Origin: Psilocybe cubensis
Taxonomy: Eukaryota
Assembly (NCBI GenBank): GCA_017499595.2
Contig: CM038998.1
Coordinates: forward strand, 4,526,001 to 4,590,000
Direction of reading: 5' to 3'
Length of the DNA: 64,000 bases
The notes under the pieces were generated by a model. The model was given only the letters and a program-made list of their open reading frames with translations. It did not search any database and was not told where the DNA came from. Within the stretch, counting starts at the first letter, position 1, and every line of letters begins with the position of its first letter. The position numbers and the translations under genes are program-made. Shown one piece after another: positions 14,169-26,727 of this stretch.

Positions 14169-15143
14169 ATGTCCAACTTTGACGTGGATAACGGTGCAAT
14201 GGACAAAGTGATATTCAGACTCCAAGGCATAGTTAGCGACAAGATGCTACCACCAATGGCAAAGCCTGCTTCGTACGTCCACTCCATTGAGGTGAATTAA
14301 TTACAAATGAGGACTGTTACAGCCGCGACAGAACGGTCAAGCAACAACCATATTTACGTACCGCCATTGCTATTACGGGACTCGGAGACATTGTGTTCAA
14401 TAAGGTGATGGAAAAGCTAGAAGAAGTTTTCCTCCGTTTTGCAAACAATTTTCCCGCGGACAGCGTCAGCAGCTATGACCCAGTTCTTCACAAAGACACG
14501 GGTTTCAATGTTTTCCATGCGCATAGCCAATATTTCACGAAGGTATCCGCATATCAAGACAAATCTGACAACATAGGTTTTCATCCCCTGGTCAACCCTG
14601 ATAATGTGTTGGCGTCCATGGTAGGGGACAGTTTCATCCACGCAATCGATAACAAGGTACAGTTTCTTTGTCGGGAGATACTTCCTAACGGAACAGCCAG
14701 GTATGTTTAGAAAATACCAACAACACATCACAACCAAACTAATATCATGTTGCAACAGATATTATTCTTATAATCCTGCCTCCATACGAATTGGAGACAT
14801 TGTTGTGATCAGTGTTGCCTTTGTCGCATTTCCTGCCCAAGGAAACAAGTACAAATTTGTTGTCGCTCTTCGCGGAATACTTGTCTTGGACCAGGAGGCA
14901 AGAGAGGTAAGCAATGTTATATTGAACAGTCTCATAGCCATTCATAACTTCCAACAGAAAGCTGATATTCTCAGAATGCGGTCGCACTATACTCCAGCAA
15001 AAAGACAGGTTGCTGTTTTGTGTAGGACAAAGAGGCAGCTGTACAAAGGTCAGATTGACATTGAAGACACGCAACAGAGGATGGCACGTATGCGCTTAAA
15101 TGAGGACACAGTCCACAATAGCAATACTATGTCCCAAGATTAA
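14169..15143 (+). CDS. Element-borne hypothetical protein, putative OB-fold ssDNA-binding-like; exons 14169-14272, 14323-14700, 14759-14906, 14958-15143
   Basis: Four exons join in frame via GT-AG introns. Motifs VIFRLQGIV..LPP, YLRTAIAITGLG, HAIDNKVQF and NPASIRIGDIVVISVAF...KFVVALRGILVLD (beta-rich). The fold is an inference. Confidence 0.6.
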
Positions 15144-15288
15144 TACATATGTACATAGAAAGACAAGGATATCATAAATGTGCTAAACGAACAATCAATC
15201 CATTTGCGTGAACATTGTAAATAACAAGGAATAATTTGTCAAGTTATTTTCATGACAGAAATTATCTGAAGGTGTTAGTTGGCACCCC

Positions 15289-15469
15289 ATGGGAGAATCC
15301 TGCGTACACTGTATGCAGAATATTCCCACACTCGGCTGAATATCGGCGAGGAAGTCCGTGGGAGAATTCTGCGTACACTGTACGCAGAATATTCCCACAC
15401 TCGGCTGAATATTGGGAGAGGTTGACCGTGGGAATATTCTGCGTACACTGTACGCAGGATATTCCCACG
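15289..15469. repeat. Three tandem ~69-70-bp units, each with a ~41-bp imperfect palindrome (GTGGGAATATTCTGCGTAC-act-GTACGCAGGATATTCCCAC)
   Basis: Directly visible; lies between the 3' ends of the two convergent element genes. Confidence 0.9.
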
Positions 15470-17289
15470 CTCATCCGCAAGTCAAACTTACAAATTAAGA
15501 CAAAAAGAATGAGGACGAGAACACAAGTTTATTTTGAACAAAAATTTGACTAAGGATGGAAGAAATTACAAATATCCATTCCACAAGAGGCTTTATGGTT
15601 GAGAGTGATGCAACCAAAAAATATCTGCCTTTCTGGATAGCAAATACAAAACAGTTGCATGTACACGGTCATCTTTTTGCCTACATTACAGGAATTAAAT
15701 TGACAAATACTAAAACTAAAGAGCACACACCTTATACCCCTTTCCCAGGATTTGATAGCTTTTTTGACACGCTTGTGTAATTGGTAAACATCTGCCGCTG
15801 TGTAGTGAAAATCTAATGCGATACCGCTGATGCGACGGACACCAAAATGCAAACAATCAAATTCATTGAGCAACAATGCCCACAAATTGGCTTCAACAAA
15901 GGAAGTCTGATTTGCTTTGGGTAAAAGAGGCAAAGAATAAACCCAACAATGCCTGTCGCCAACCCGTTTAATCCCAGGAGAGAACAACTCTGGATAAGGA
16001 TCGTAATCCAGCACAACGAGAACATGACCACAAGATGAACTATACCTAACATTTACATTGTCCCTGATAGACTGTATCCTGCTTTGGATATGGCGGTCCA
16101 TTTTCAAAGTTTGCGATAGAATGGAAAGAACAAATTTCAAGCCACGGGAATGATATTTTGCAAGAAATTTTTGCGCGCACTTGAGGTCGGCAGAAGGTTG
16201 CAACAGAGAGACTTGATGTCCAAAGGTAGCATTTGGATACAAGCTGTACACCTTCTCAAAGGTAACAAAATTCATGACGCCGGCTGCAGTAGAACAAAAT
16301 TGAAGTTAACATTGTTTCGACACATGACATTGGGGACATACTGCTATGATACCCCAAAATGCACTCTACCACCGATTGACAAGTCGTAATCAGTTGGACA
16401 AAAGAACCTTGGCACCATAGGTTAACGACCACTCCAGTGGTATTGTAATGTTGATGAAGAGGATGTTTCTGAAGGACGATTTTTTCCATTTTCAAAATTT
16501 TTTCCGCTGTGGTGTTGTCTGGATATTTGGGATGCGGCATGATAGTAAATCCAATGGACATCATCCAGGAAAGAACGGGAAGAGCATATCTGTGCTCAAC
16601 ATACATGTCCATGTCACCCGGAATCCATATATTAGCACAATTGATTACGAAACTTTATGTAAGTAAAGCGAGTTCTTTTATCCCCACAACCCACTGTACA
16701 AAAATATGTCCTTGCCAATTGTCCCCATCAGTAAATCATTGATGCCATCAAAATTGCGTGATTAATACCAGTTTTTTACTTAACCGGTATGCTTGACTTA
16801 ATAATTGGTTACTATCATAGAATTTCTGTTAGTTTTTGTTCCTACCAAGGGGATATGGAAATTAAAATACTAGATATTAGCTAGGTAGATAGGTTAGCTG
16901 CCATATGGTAGAAAACAAAATTAGATACCATTACATTATGACTTTTTAATTGCAAGTTAAACATTTTGACGCAGATAATCATCGCTCATAACCAAAAATT
17001 TTATAATAATGACCTCATTCAACTGATTTAAGGCCATTAATTAGTCACAATCAATTACATACCAACTGTTTTGCATGCTTTATACACCTCTAACGGCAAG
17101 TAGAGGTAAATAGAATGCTTTATTGTTATCAAAAAAAATTTAGCATGAATGACTAGCAGACTGTGGTGGCATAGAATAAAGAATAATAAACATTATGTAT
17201 CTAGCTATTATCTTTAATGCCACTTCAAATAACTTGTCATATTAAACTTGTTGTGCTGTTCATACTGGCCATGAATTAATAAGCAGACT

Positions 17290-17567
17290 GTGGGAATAAC
17301 TTGCATATAGTGTATGCAAGTTATTCTCACGGTTGCCGCACTTTGCATTGAGCAACTTGAACTTCTCTGGTAATTCCTGATATATTACTGAGATGCATTA
17401 CATATACTTTAGGTAAAATACAAGTATTTTTGGCAATAATAATTATTTTCAGTCCTAGTTTAGATGATCTTATTATATTTTACTTGCTGTGGTGTTTGTA
17501 CTGGCCGTGAATTAATAAGCAGGTCGTGGGAATATCCTGCGCACACTGTACGCAGGATATTCCCACG
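17290..17567. repeat. Two more copies of the ~41-bp palindrome family (17290-17330, 17525-17567)
   Basis: GTGGGAATAACTTGCATA..TATGCAAGTTATTCTCAC and CGTGGGAATATCCTGCG..CGCAGGATATTCCCACG. Confidence 0.85.
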
Positions 17568-20335
17568 GTCACTACACTCAATTTGCATTGAGTGGTGGTG
17601 ACCAATCCCTGATGCGTGTGACCGCGGGTGACTTGGGTCGTCACACTGTGACACCACCCATATCTTGAGACATTGACTTTATGCTTCATGCATTGGTAGC
17701 ATAAATTGTAAAATGGCTCCAATATAACTATATAATATATATCTACACTCTGTGAAAGTAGCTAAGGCTAAGATGCAATGTGTCTTTTCAAAATGCAAAA
17801 TGTTACTGTTTTCCCTGCCAAAAATAGTGCTCTTGACTATATAACTATTATCATTACAGCGGATAATGCTATCAGAATGGTTGATAGAGCAAAAAGTATC
17901 TATTTTCAATTCTAAACAACTCTATCAGAGCGGAATTTTTGATTTCTCTTTCATTGCTGAGATATACCCCCAAAATAGCGGTTTTTAGATACTTAGAGAG
18001 AGAAAATAAAAATTTCGCTCTGACCACGTTGCTTGTATTGAAAAATAGACCAATTTCGCCCCCTAAATCATACCTTGAATCGATGTTCTCAGTGAGCTAT
18101 TCTCCTCGTATTGATTTACCTGCAAAATGACAATAACACAGCCACTGATTGCATTCCCGAACGGGCCGGAAATGTCCCGCGACTGCCACACGGATGCCTC
18201 GCACACTCAAAATAGTCTCGAAATAGCGTATATATACACAGAGGCTGCGCAGAAACACTTCTTTCCCCTTTACCACCATCATCTCCACACACGACTGCTC
18301 AATTTTGTTGTTCTTTGCATTTTTGGACCCAATATCTTTGATTCTTCTCTCTTTTGACCACATATTGACTGTGTATATCTCCAGTAAGTAGATTTCTTTA
18401 TTCTAGAGTTGTACTATTGCTGAATAAATTTAACAGTCTCTTTTTTGCAACCTATAAGCCTGCTTTTAAATAGCTTTTTGTCTGTAACCTTTGGTGAGCT
18501 ATTATATAAAGCTAGGATGTATTATTCTAATTTATTATTTTGCAATATGCAAGATTTCTTGACTATCATGCCGCCTGGCAAAGCAAAACGGGTTGTATCC
18601 ATTGCAGCAGCCAGAGAGGCTAAAGCAGAGAAGAAAGCTGCGCTTGACTCAGAGACTGCATTGGAGAGTCTTTGGGAAGAACTTAAAGCTGCACAATTGC
18701 TTTCTAAAAAGGAAAAGGAGTGTGCTGGTCTAAGTTTAAGGCTTGAAAGTGCTCTTTTGGAGTTAGACAAGCATAAGAACGAAGCCTCCTTGATGAAGTC
18801 CAAAAGCAAAGACACTTATCATGAGCTTCGCATGCAACGTCAAACTACAAAGCGCTGGAAAGCTAAAAACTCTCAATTAGAGGAACAAATTATGATTTTA
18901 AAGACAGCGGAGGAACAAGCATCCATACAGCATTTACGTGGAGCTCAGCAGTCACATGAATCCTACTTATCACTTAAAAAGGCTAATGAAGAATTGCGAG
19001 ACACCTTATCTAAATCCTTATCCCAATGGTCTCTCCAACTGGCTGATGCACATTCCAAGCTCAGTATATCCAATGACCGTCTGCAGGATCTTCGAAAAGA
19101 GGCACTGAATCTGCGCAAAACCTTGGAATACACCAAAGCTACCAAGAGTGAAGCTCTTGCTAATTTGCGTCATAAAATTTATCAAGAGCGATCTGTTCAT
19201 CATTTGACTAGCAAAGGAGTTATTACAGAAAGCACTCGGGATGTTGTTCGTCTTCTTGTTAAGGCTGGCTGCTTACGCAATTATATCCAAGATGTTATAG
19301 TAGCCGTGTTAAAATCTGCAGGATTGGAAGCTATTGGTGGAATCAGTCGGGCTTCAGTGTCTTGCATTCTTCGCGAAGGTTACTTTGCTGCACAAATTCA
19401 ACTTGGATATGAAATGAAGAATACAGATGGAATGACCTTTAGTGCCGATGGTACAGGCCACCGGAGTATCAATTATAATTCCCGACATGTTCATCTTCTT
19501 GCAAAAGACTACACAACACTTGATGATACCACATCTGAACAGCATGTTACTCGTTCACTTGGAATCCAATCTTCACGGGATGGTACAAGTGCAGAAGCTG
19601 TAGCAGATTGGCAAAAATCATTGGAGGGAATTCTTAACATTTACAACAATAGTCCACTTGGCAAGCGATCTGGATCCATTTTTAAAATTGCAGAACTCTT
19701 TATAAAACTTATGGGGATGAATACCGATCATTGTGCAAAGGAAAAGAAGGATGCTCGTTTATTAGAGGCAATAAAAGCAGCTGCAGTTGATCAACAGCTT
19801 GGAGAGGAAAGAATGCTTGAAATGTCTTTTGAAGAAGTTTCAGAATATTTTCAAAAGGCTGAAGCGGCTATGATAAAGAAGGCAGGAGGGCAGAAAAAAT
19901 GGGATGCTTTATCAGATATCCAAAAAGGAGAAAGAAAAACTGTTATGTTGGAGACTGCAATTGCGCAACTTGGAAAGACTGCTTTTGATAGCCTTCCAGA
20001 CTCTGAAAAGCGACTTCTTCGATTATTCATTTGGGCTGGATGTGGATGCCACAAAGACTTAAACACAGTCAAGGGTGGCTATATAGCAATGCTTAGGTGG
20101 TGGAATGAGAATGAAAGTGATGATGTTATCCGTCCAGTTCTGTTGGCAAATCGTGACAATGATCCTGTTATACAAGAGCGTGCTGCTATACTTGAGGGCG
20201 GAAATATACCCACAGCTGCTCAGGAGAGAGCCTTTTCTAAATCAACTCGAGGCGCAATTAAAACTGCTGAAATTGCTGGAGCTATCTTCAACCACAAGGA
20301 TGATAAGAAAGGGCACCATGATGTATTCCGCTTTT

Positions 20336-20785
20336 TGTCAGGGTTTCTCCAGTTTCCCCTCTTTATCTTCACAGAATTATCTTATCCTTTCATTATCTTA
20401 TCAATTATCTGATTAGATAGTTTATTTCTTTCATCACAGCCTTTTTGCTCCACTTCTTTCTAGTAAATTCTATATGATTCCTAGTCTTACTCATCCTTTT
20501 TCTATATGATGTCACTTTTATTCTTTAACCTTCCTTTATGATGTAATGTAGGGAATATTCTAGAATAGCTGTAGAGTATAAATACTGGACTTGTAGGTAG
20601 CTGTAGCTTCAGCTTCAATCTCTTAGGATATCCACTATCATTGGTGTGATCTCTTAGAATCATTGAATCTCTCTCACACTCTTATTCTCTCTTTGCTCTC
20701 TTATTCTCCCTCTGCTCTCTCTCTCTCTCCCTTGCTTAATCTTTGTTGGTGGCCTTGTCACACTGATTATAGTGTTGCCCTGACA
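20336..20785 (+). repeat. 5' LTR
   Basis: TGTCAGGG...CCCTGACA; TATAAATA at 20577-20584; identical by eye to 26278-26727. Confidence 0.97.
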
Positions 20786-20787
20786 GA

Positions 20788-20798
20788 AGATTGAAGCT
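20788..20798 (+). promoter_or_regulatory. Self-priming primer-binding site (Tf1/sushi type)
   Basis: AGATTGAAGCT is the exact reverse complement of AGCTTCAATCT at 20611-20621, about 27 nt past the LTR TATA box. There is no TGG tRNA-type PBS. Confidence 0.8.
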
Positions 20799-21295
20799 CT
20801 CTCAAGACAACTCCACCATCTCTTTTTCAACACCACACTCTTCACCTCTTCAACCTCTTCAACATCATCACCTCAACCTTCTTCCTCCACTTCCAACCCA
20901 CCAACCTCTTCATCAACCTCTTCACCAATCTTCTTACCAACCTCTACATCTCCACCAATCTTCAACATCCTCCTCAAGACCTTTCCTCAAGACCTTTCCT
21001 CAAGACCTTTGGCTCATCATCTTTCCTACTCTCTGTTGTGTGCTGTGTGTGAACTTAGTAGATAGGGATACCAACTGTTGGGGCAGACACAGTCCTACTA
21101 GTGTTCTGTTTTTGGTGGTCTAGGAAATATCCAGTAACCCTGTGATCCTAGGTTTAGAGCCCTGAGTGGTGTGACAACTGGGTATCCAGTAGATAGATAT
21201 TTTTTTAGAATACTTAGTATAGTTTCAAGGGCACTTTTAGTAGATAGCTTCTCCCACACACACATCAGAGAGCCTACCTACCCCTACCCATAGAC

Positions 21296-22399
21296 ATGGA
21301 CCCCTCCCAATTGCCTCCCACCACTCCTTCTGTGGAAGAGCTCATGCATCAGGTCCAGCTCCTTACCCAAGAGTTGAATTTTCTTAGACAGCAGCAGCAG
21401 TCATCATCCACTCCACCACATCCTCAGCAACCAGTCAGTCAGTCACCATCATCATCACCACCACCACCACCTGCTGCTCTAGATATTCACTCTTTCCCTA
21501 CCCCTCATGTTGCCCCTTCCTGTTCACACTCTGTCATTAAAGTCTCACCTCCAGATCCATTTGATGGTTCTATGGAGAAGGCAGAAAGCTTCCTCAGTCA
21601 GCTCAAATTATATTTCTATGGGAAAGGGATTACAGATGACTTTCAGAAAGTTATTTGTGCTCTATCTCATATGAAAGGAGGTACTGCTGGGAAGTGGGCA
21701 TATGAGAAGACTAAAGTAATAGACAATGCTCAGTCCCAAGAAGGTCTTTGGGCTGACTTTGTTTATGAATTTAGGGAAGTGTTTGCAGATCCAGACCCCT
21801 CCAACACAGCTAAGCATAAAATGCACATGCTCAAGCAAGGCAGACAGACTGCTGATGAGTATGTTGCTAGCTTCAGGGCTCTGATCTCAGATACTGGGTA
21901 TAATGATGCTGCTTTGGTAGACCAATTCAAGGCTGGGCTCAATGAAACTCTCAGGAATGCAGTCTACTATGTTCCTGACATGCCCAAAACCTTGGATGGA
22001 TGGATTAAATGGAGTACTAGGCTAGATAGGCAGTGGAGACAGAGTGAGGCCTTTACCAAGTCTCTTTCCTCCTCCTCATCTTCTCCCTTTCTTAAAGCCC
22101 CAACTCCCAAGGCTGTTCCTAAGCCTACTCCAAATCCTCCAGTCTTTTCCAACAGCAGCTCAAGGACCTTTGGTGCTCAGGCAAAGCAACCAGATGTAGT
22201 TCCCATGGAGGTTGACTCTGGATGGAAGTCAGTTAGGCCAATTGTTTGCTTCAAGTGCAGAAAGCCTGGTCATAAGGCTGTAAACTGCAGGTCATCAGTT
22301 AACATCAATGCTATGACCCATGAAGAACTGGCTGACTACTTTGGGAAATTAATCTTGGAAGGCAAGGAGCAGAAAGATGAGGAAAAGAAAAATTTTTAG
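21296..22399 (+). CDS. gag: Retrotransposon Gag with CCHC zinc knuckle
   Basis: PDPFDG, LKQG..TADEY...F and [14 protein letters not shown]; ends on the slippery A-AAT-TTT (22390-22396) just before TAG. Confidence 0.92.
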   Translation: MDPSQLPPTTPSVEELMHQVQLLTQELNFLRQQQQSSSTPPHPQQPVSQSPSSSPPPPPAALDIHSFPTPHVAPSCSHSVIKVSPPDPFDGSMEKAESFLSQLKLYFYGKGITDDFQKVICALSHMKGGTAGKWAYEKTKVIDNAQSQEGLWADFVYEFREVFADPDPSNTAKHKMHMLKQGRQTADEYVASFRALISDTGYNDAALVDQFKAGLNETLRNAVYYVPDMPKTLDGWIKWSTRLDRQWRQSEAFTKSLSSSSSSPFLKAPTPKAVPKPTPNPPVFSNSSSRTFGAQAKQPDVVPMEVDSGWKSVRPIVCFKCRKPGHKAVNCRSSVNINAMTHEELADYFGKLILEGKEQKDEEKKNF

Positions 22400-25300
22400 A
22401 AGCACCATTGGTGAAAGACATGTCCCAATGGAATAGATTTAATGTATTAGAAAATGAAATTGACAGACTTGATCCTCAGTCTTCAGATTCTGGTACAGAA
22501 ATCATGTCTTCTTCTTCCTCTCTTTCTACCTTCCCTGAAAAGATCTACATCCTCAACCATAATCCTAAAACCTCTACCCATTTGTCTGTCATCTTAAAGA
22601 CAATGGACACAGAGAAAAGGTTATCTGTTGATGCTTTGCTTGATTCTGGAGCTACTGGCCTCTTTCTGCATTCTGGTTTTGTGAAGTATCATAATCTCAA
22701 CACAAGGAAACTTCCTAGAGCCATTCCAGTCTATAATGTTGATGGTACTCTCAACAAGAGTGGCTCTATCCATGAGGAAGTAGACTTAATTATGGTACAC
22801 AAGAACCATACAGAAAGGGCCACCTTTGCTGTTTGTGACTTGGGAGACAAATCTGCTATCATTGGACATACTTGGCTTTGGCACCATAATCCAGATGTTG
22901 ATTGGAAGACAGGGGATGTTCAGTTTATTAGATGTCCCTCTGACTGCCAAATGGAAGCCAAAAGAGCCAGAAGAAAGAGGCAGAGAATAGCTGCAGTCAA
23001 AAGGAGGAAACTCCCTCAATTTGATGAAGAAGAAGATGATTCTATTGAAGATTCTTCTGATTCTGAGATTGAGCCTGAGGACAGAATTTTCATCTCATAC
23101 CTTCATCCTCAGAAGCAGTCTATTAATGCTACTTCTACTATGTCTCAAAGATTAGCAGAAGAGTCTCATCAGCAAGCTGATTCTCCTAAGAAAACCTTTG
23201 AAGAAACTGTCCCTAAGCACTATCACCAGTTTAAAGGTGTTTTTTCAAAGGAATCTTTTGATAGGCTACCAGACAGGAAGCCTTGGGATCATGCTATTGA
23301 GCTGAAACCTGGTTCTGAACCTTATAGATCCAAGATTTATCCTCTCTCTCCCAATGAACAAAAGGAACTTGATGCCTTTTTAGAGGAAAATCTGAAGTCT
23401 GGCAGGATTAGACCCTCCAAGTCACCTATGGCCTCCCCTGTATTCTTTGTCAAGAAGAAGGATGGATCTCTTAGGCTTGTCCAGGACTATAGGAAACTGA
23501 ATGAAATGACCATCAAGAACTCCTACCCCCTTCCATTGATTTCTGACATTATCACCAAACTCAGCAAAGCCAAATACTTCACCAAACTTGATGTTAGGTG
23601 GGGATTTAACAATGTCAGAATCAAAAAGGGAGATGAATGGAAAGCAGCCTTTAGAACCAATAGAGGGCTGTTTGAACCATTGGTCATGTTCTTTGGTTTA
23701 ACCAATAGTCCTGCTACCTTCCAAACTATGATGAATGATATCTTTATTGAGCTCATTGATGGAAATGTTGTCATTGTCTACATGGATGACATTTTAATTT
23801 TCACTGAGACTCTTGATCATCATAGAGAGGTAGTCAAGCAAGTTCTGCAAATCCTAGAACAGAACAAACTCTACCTTAAAGCAGAGAAATGTGAATTTGA
23901 AAAGGAAAAGATTGAATATCTTGGACTAATCATTTCACAAGGCAGGATTGAGATGGATCCTGTCAAGGTAGAGGGAGTTTTTAAATGGCCTGAACCTGAA
24001 AATGTCAAGGATGTCCAATCATTCTTGGGATTTGTTAATTTTTATAGAAGGTTCATAGAGGATTTTGCAGACATTGCTAAGCCCCTTCATGAATTGACAA
24101 AGAAAGGAACAGTCTGGAGATGAAGTCTTAGACAGCAGGAAGCCTTTGACCAGTTAAAGAAGAAAGTCACTTCTTCACCTGTCTTGATTTTCCCTGATGA
24201 TAACAAGCCATATAAAGTTGAAGCAGACAGTTCAGATTATGCTACTGGGGCTGTTTTATCTCAGGAAGGATCAGATGGGAAATGGCATCCTGTAGCCTTT
24301 ATGTCTAAGAGTCTATCTGAAGTAGAAAGGAATTATGAGATCCATGACAAAGAGATGCTGGCTATTATCAGAGCACTAGATGAATGGAGACATTATCTTG
24401 AAGGAACCCAACATCCCTTTGAGATTTGGACAGACCACAAAAACTTAGAGTACTTTATGGTTGCCCAAAAGCTCAGCAGAAGGCAAGCCAGATGGTCACT
24501 CTTCCTGTCCAGATTTGATTTTACTCTTCATCATAGGCCTGGTAAAAGATCTCTTAAGCCAGATGCTTTGTCTAGGAGACCAGATCATAAAAAGGGAGAG
24601 AATGATAACCAAAATATAGTTCTCCTCAAACCTTCCTACTTTAAAATCCAGGCTCTCAAGCAGGGTCATGCTACCATTACTGGTGCAGAAAATGATCTTC
24701 TTAAGAAGATTAGAGAAGCTAAGGAGATGGATGAAAAGGTGGTCAAGGCAGTTCAGGAGCTCAAGAAATCTTCTACCAAGAAGATTGAAGGACAGGAATG
24801 GTCAGAAGAACAAGGCCTTATTCTCTACAGGGGGAAGGTGTATGTTCCCAAGGACAAAAATCTTAGAAGAAAGATTGTGGAACTGCACCATGATGCCTTC
24901 ATTGCTGGACATCCAGGGAAATGGAAGACAATTGAGCTAGTCTCTAGGAATTATTGGTGGCCAGGAATGTCACATTTTATTGCAGCCTATACCAGAGGTT
25001 GTGATAGATGCAACAGAACCAAAACCTTTCCAGCCAAACCTCTTGGCCTCTTGATTCCTACTGAGATTCCCTCTGATGTCTGGCAATACATCTCTGTGGA
25101 CTTTATTATGGGATTACCAGAATGTCAAGGGTATAATGCCATTATGGTGGTTGTGGATAGACTTAGTAAAATGATCCACATTATCCCTACTACAGATGAA
25201 GTCACTTCTGAAGGGACAGCCAGACTATACAGAGATTATGTCTGGAAACACCATGGCTTACCCATTAAAATTCTGTGTGATAGAGGTCCACAATTTGTCT

Positions 25301-26277
25301 CAAGGTTTATGAAAGAACTCAACTCAATACTTGGTATCCAGACAGCCTCATCTACAGCCTATCATCCCCAAACTGATGGTCAGACTGAAAGAGTTAACCA
25401 AGAAATTGAGCAGTATCTTAGACTCTTTATAAACCATAGACAAGATGATTGGGTTGAATGGTTAGCTCTAGCTGAATTCTCTTATAACAATAGAGTTCAG
25501 GCTTCAACCAGGCAGACACCATTCATGCTCAATAATGGCAGACATCCCAGAATGGGCACTGAACCCCTTAGAGATAGTAAAATGGACACTGTGGATACCT
25601 TTGTGAAAAATATGGAAGAAGCCAGGAAAGAAGCAGAGTCTGCACTTAGAAAAGCTGCTGATGATATGGCTAAATTCTATAATAGACACAGAGGTACTCC
25701 AACTCAGTACAAAGTTGGGGATTTGGTATGATTGGATGGCAAAGACCTCAAAACTGATAGGCCCTCCAAGAAATTGGATGATAAAAGATATGGGCCTTAC
25801 AAAATTACCAAAGTTATTAGCCCTAATGCCTATGAGCTTAAGCTGCCATCTACCATGAAAATCCATCCAGTGTTCAATGTGGTTAAACTTCTACCTTATC
25901 ACCCAGATATTGTAGGAAGAAAGCCTCCTTCTAGACCACCTCCTGTCATTCAAGGAGAAAATCCTGAGTGGGAAGTTGAATTTATCAAGGACAGCAGACT
26001 TTTTAGAAACAAACTTCAATATTTGGTCAAGTGGAAGAACTATCCTAATGAAGAATGCACTTGGGAGCCTGCAGAGCATTTAAAAAATGCTTCTAAGGCT
26101 ATCAAGGACTTCCATGCCAAACATCCTTCAGCACCTAGAAGGATTTCTGCTGTGACCTTTGATAGACTTTCTTTCACTCCTATTATTAACTTTACTGAAC
26201 CTCCTCCTCTTCTTAAACCCTCTAAACTAACCCATCCATGTGCACATTGTGGAAAATGTGCCTTAGAGAGGGGGTGA
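22390..26277 (+). pseudogene. pol: Pol (protease, RT, RNase H, integrase, chromodomain) in the -1 frame, with two in-frame TGA codons
   Basis: [29 protein letters not shown] and D-D-E integrase, GPY motif, chromodomain EWEVE..YLVKWKNY..TWEP. TGA at 24121-24123 and 25729-25731. Confidence 0.92.
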
Positions 26278-26727
26278 TGTCAGGGTTTCTCCAGTTTCCC
26301 CTCTTTATCTTCACAGAATTATCTTATCCTTTCATTATCTTATCAATTATCTGATTAGATAGTTTATTTCTTTCATCACAGCCTTTTTGCTCCACTTCTT
26401 TCTAGTAAATTCTATATGATTCCTAGTCTTACTCATCCTTTTTCTATATGATGTCACTTTTATTCTTTAACCTTCCTTTATGATGTAATGTAGGGAATAT
26501 TCTAGAATAGCTGTAGAGTATAAATACTGGACTTGTAGGTAGCTGTAGCTTCAGCTTCAATCTCTTAGGATATCCACTATCATTGGTGTGATCTCTTAGA
26601 ATCATTGAATCTCTCTCACACTCTTATTCTCTCTTTGCTCTCTTATTCTCCCTCTGCTCTCTCTCTCTCTCCCTTGCTTAATCTTTGTTGGTGGCCTTGT
26701 CACACTGATTATAGTGTTGCCCTGACA
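26278..26727 (+). repeat. 3' LTR
   Basis: Direct repeat of 20336-20785. Confidence 0.97.

Larger units (their letters stand above)
20336..26727 (+). mobile_element. Full-length Ty3/Gypsy chromovirus LTR retrotransposon (6392 bp)
   Basis: Two 450-bp TG...CA LTRs; 5-bp TSD CTTTT (20331-20335, 26728-26732); polypurine tract AGAGAGGGGG before 26278; gag then PR-RT-RH-IN-chromodomain. Confidence 0.97.

Noticed and set aside
15289-15469. Palindromic repeats with spacers resembling a CRISPR array
   Set aside because: Eukaryotic context, no cas genes, only three units, and the spacers share sequence (ACTCGGCTGAATAT).
20791-21123. 110-aa His/Pro/Gln ORF after the 5' LTR
   Set aside because: Produced by CAACCTCTT and CCTCAAGACCTTT tandem repeats in the retrotransposon leader; non-ATG start.
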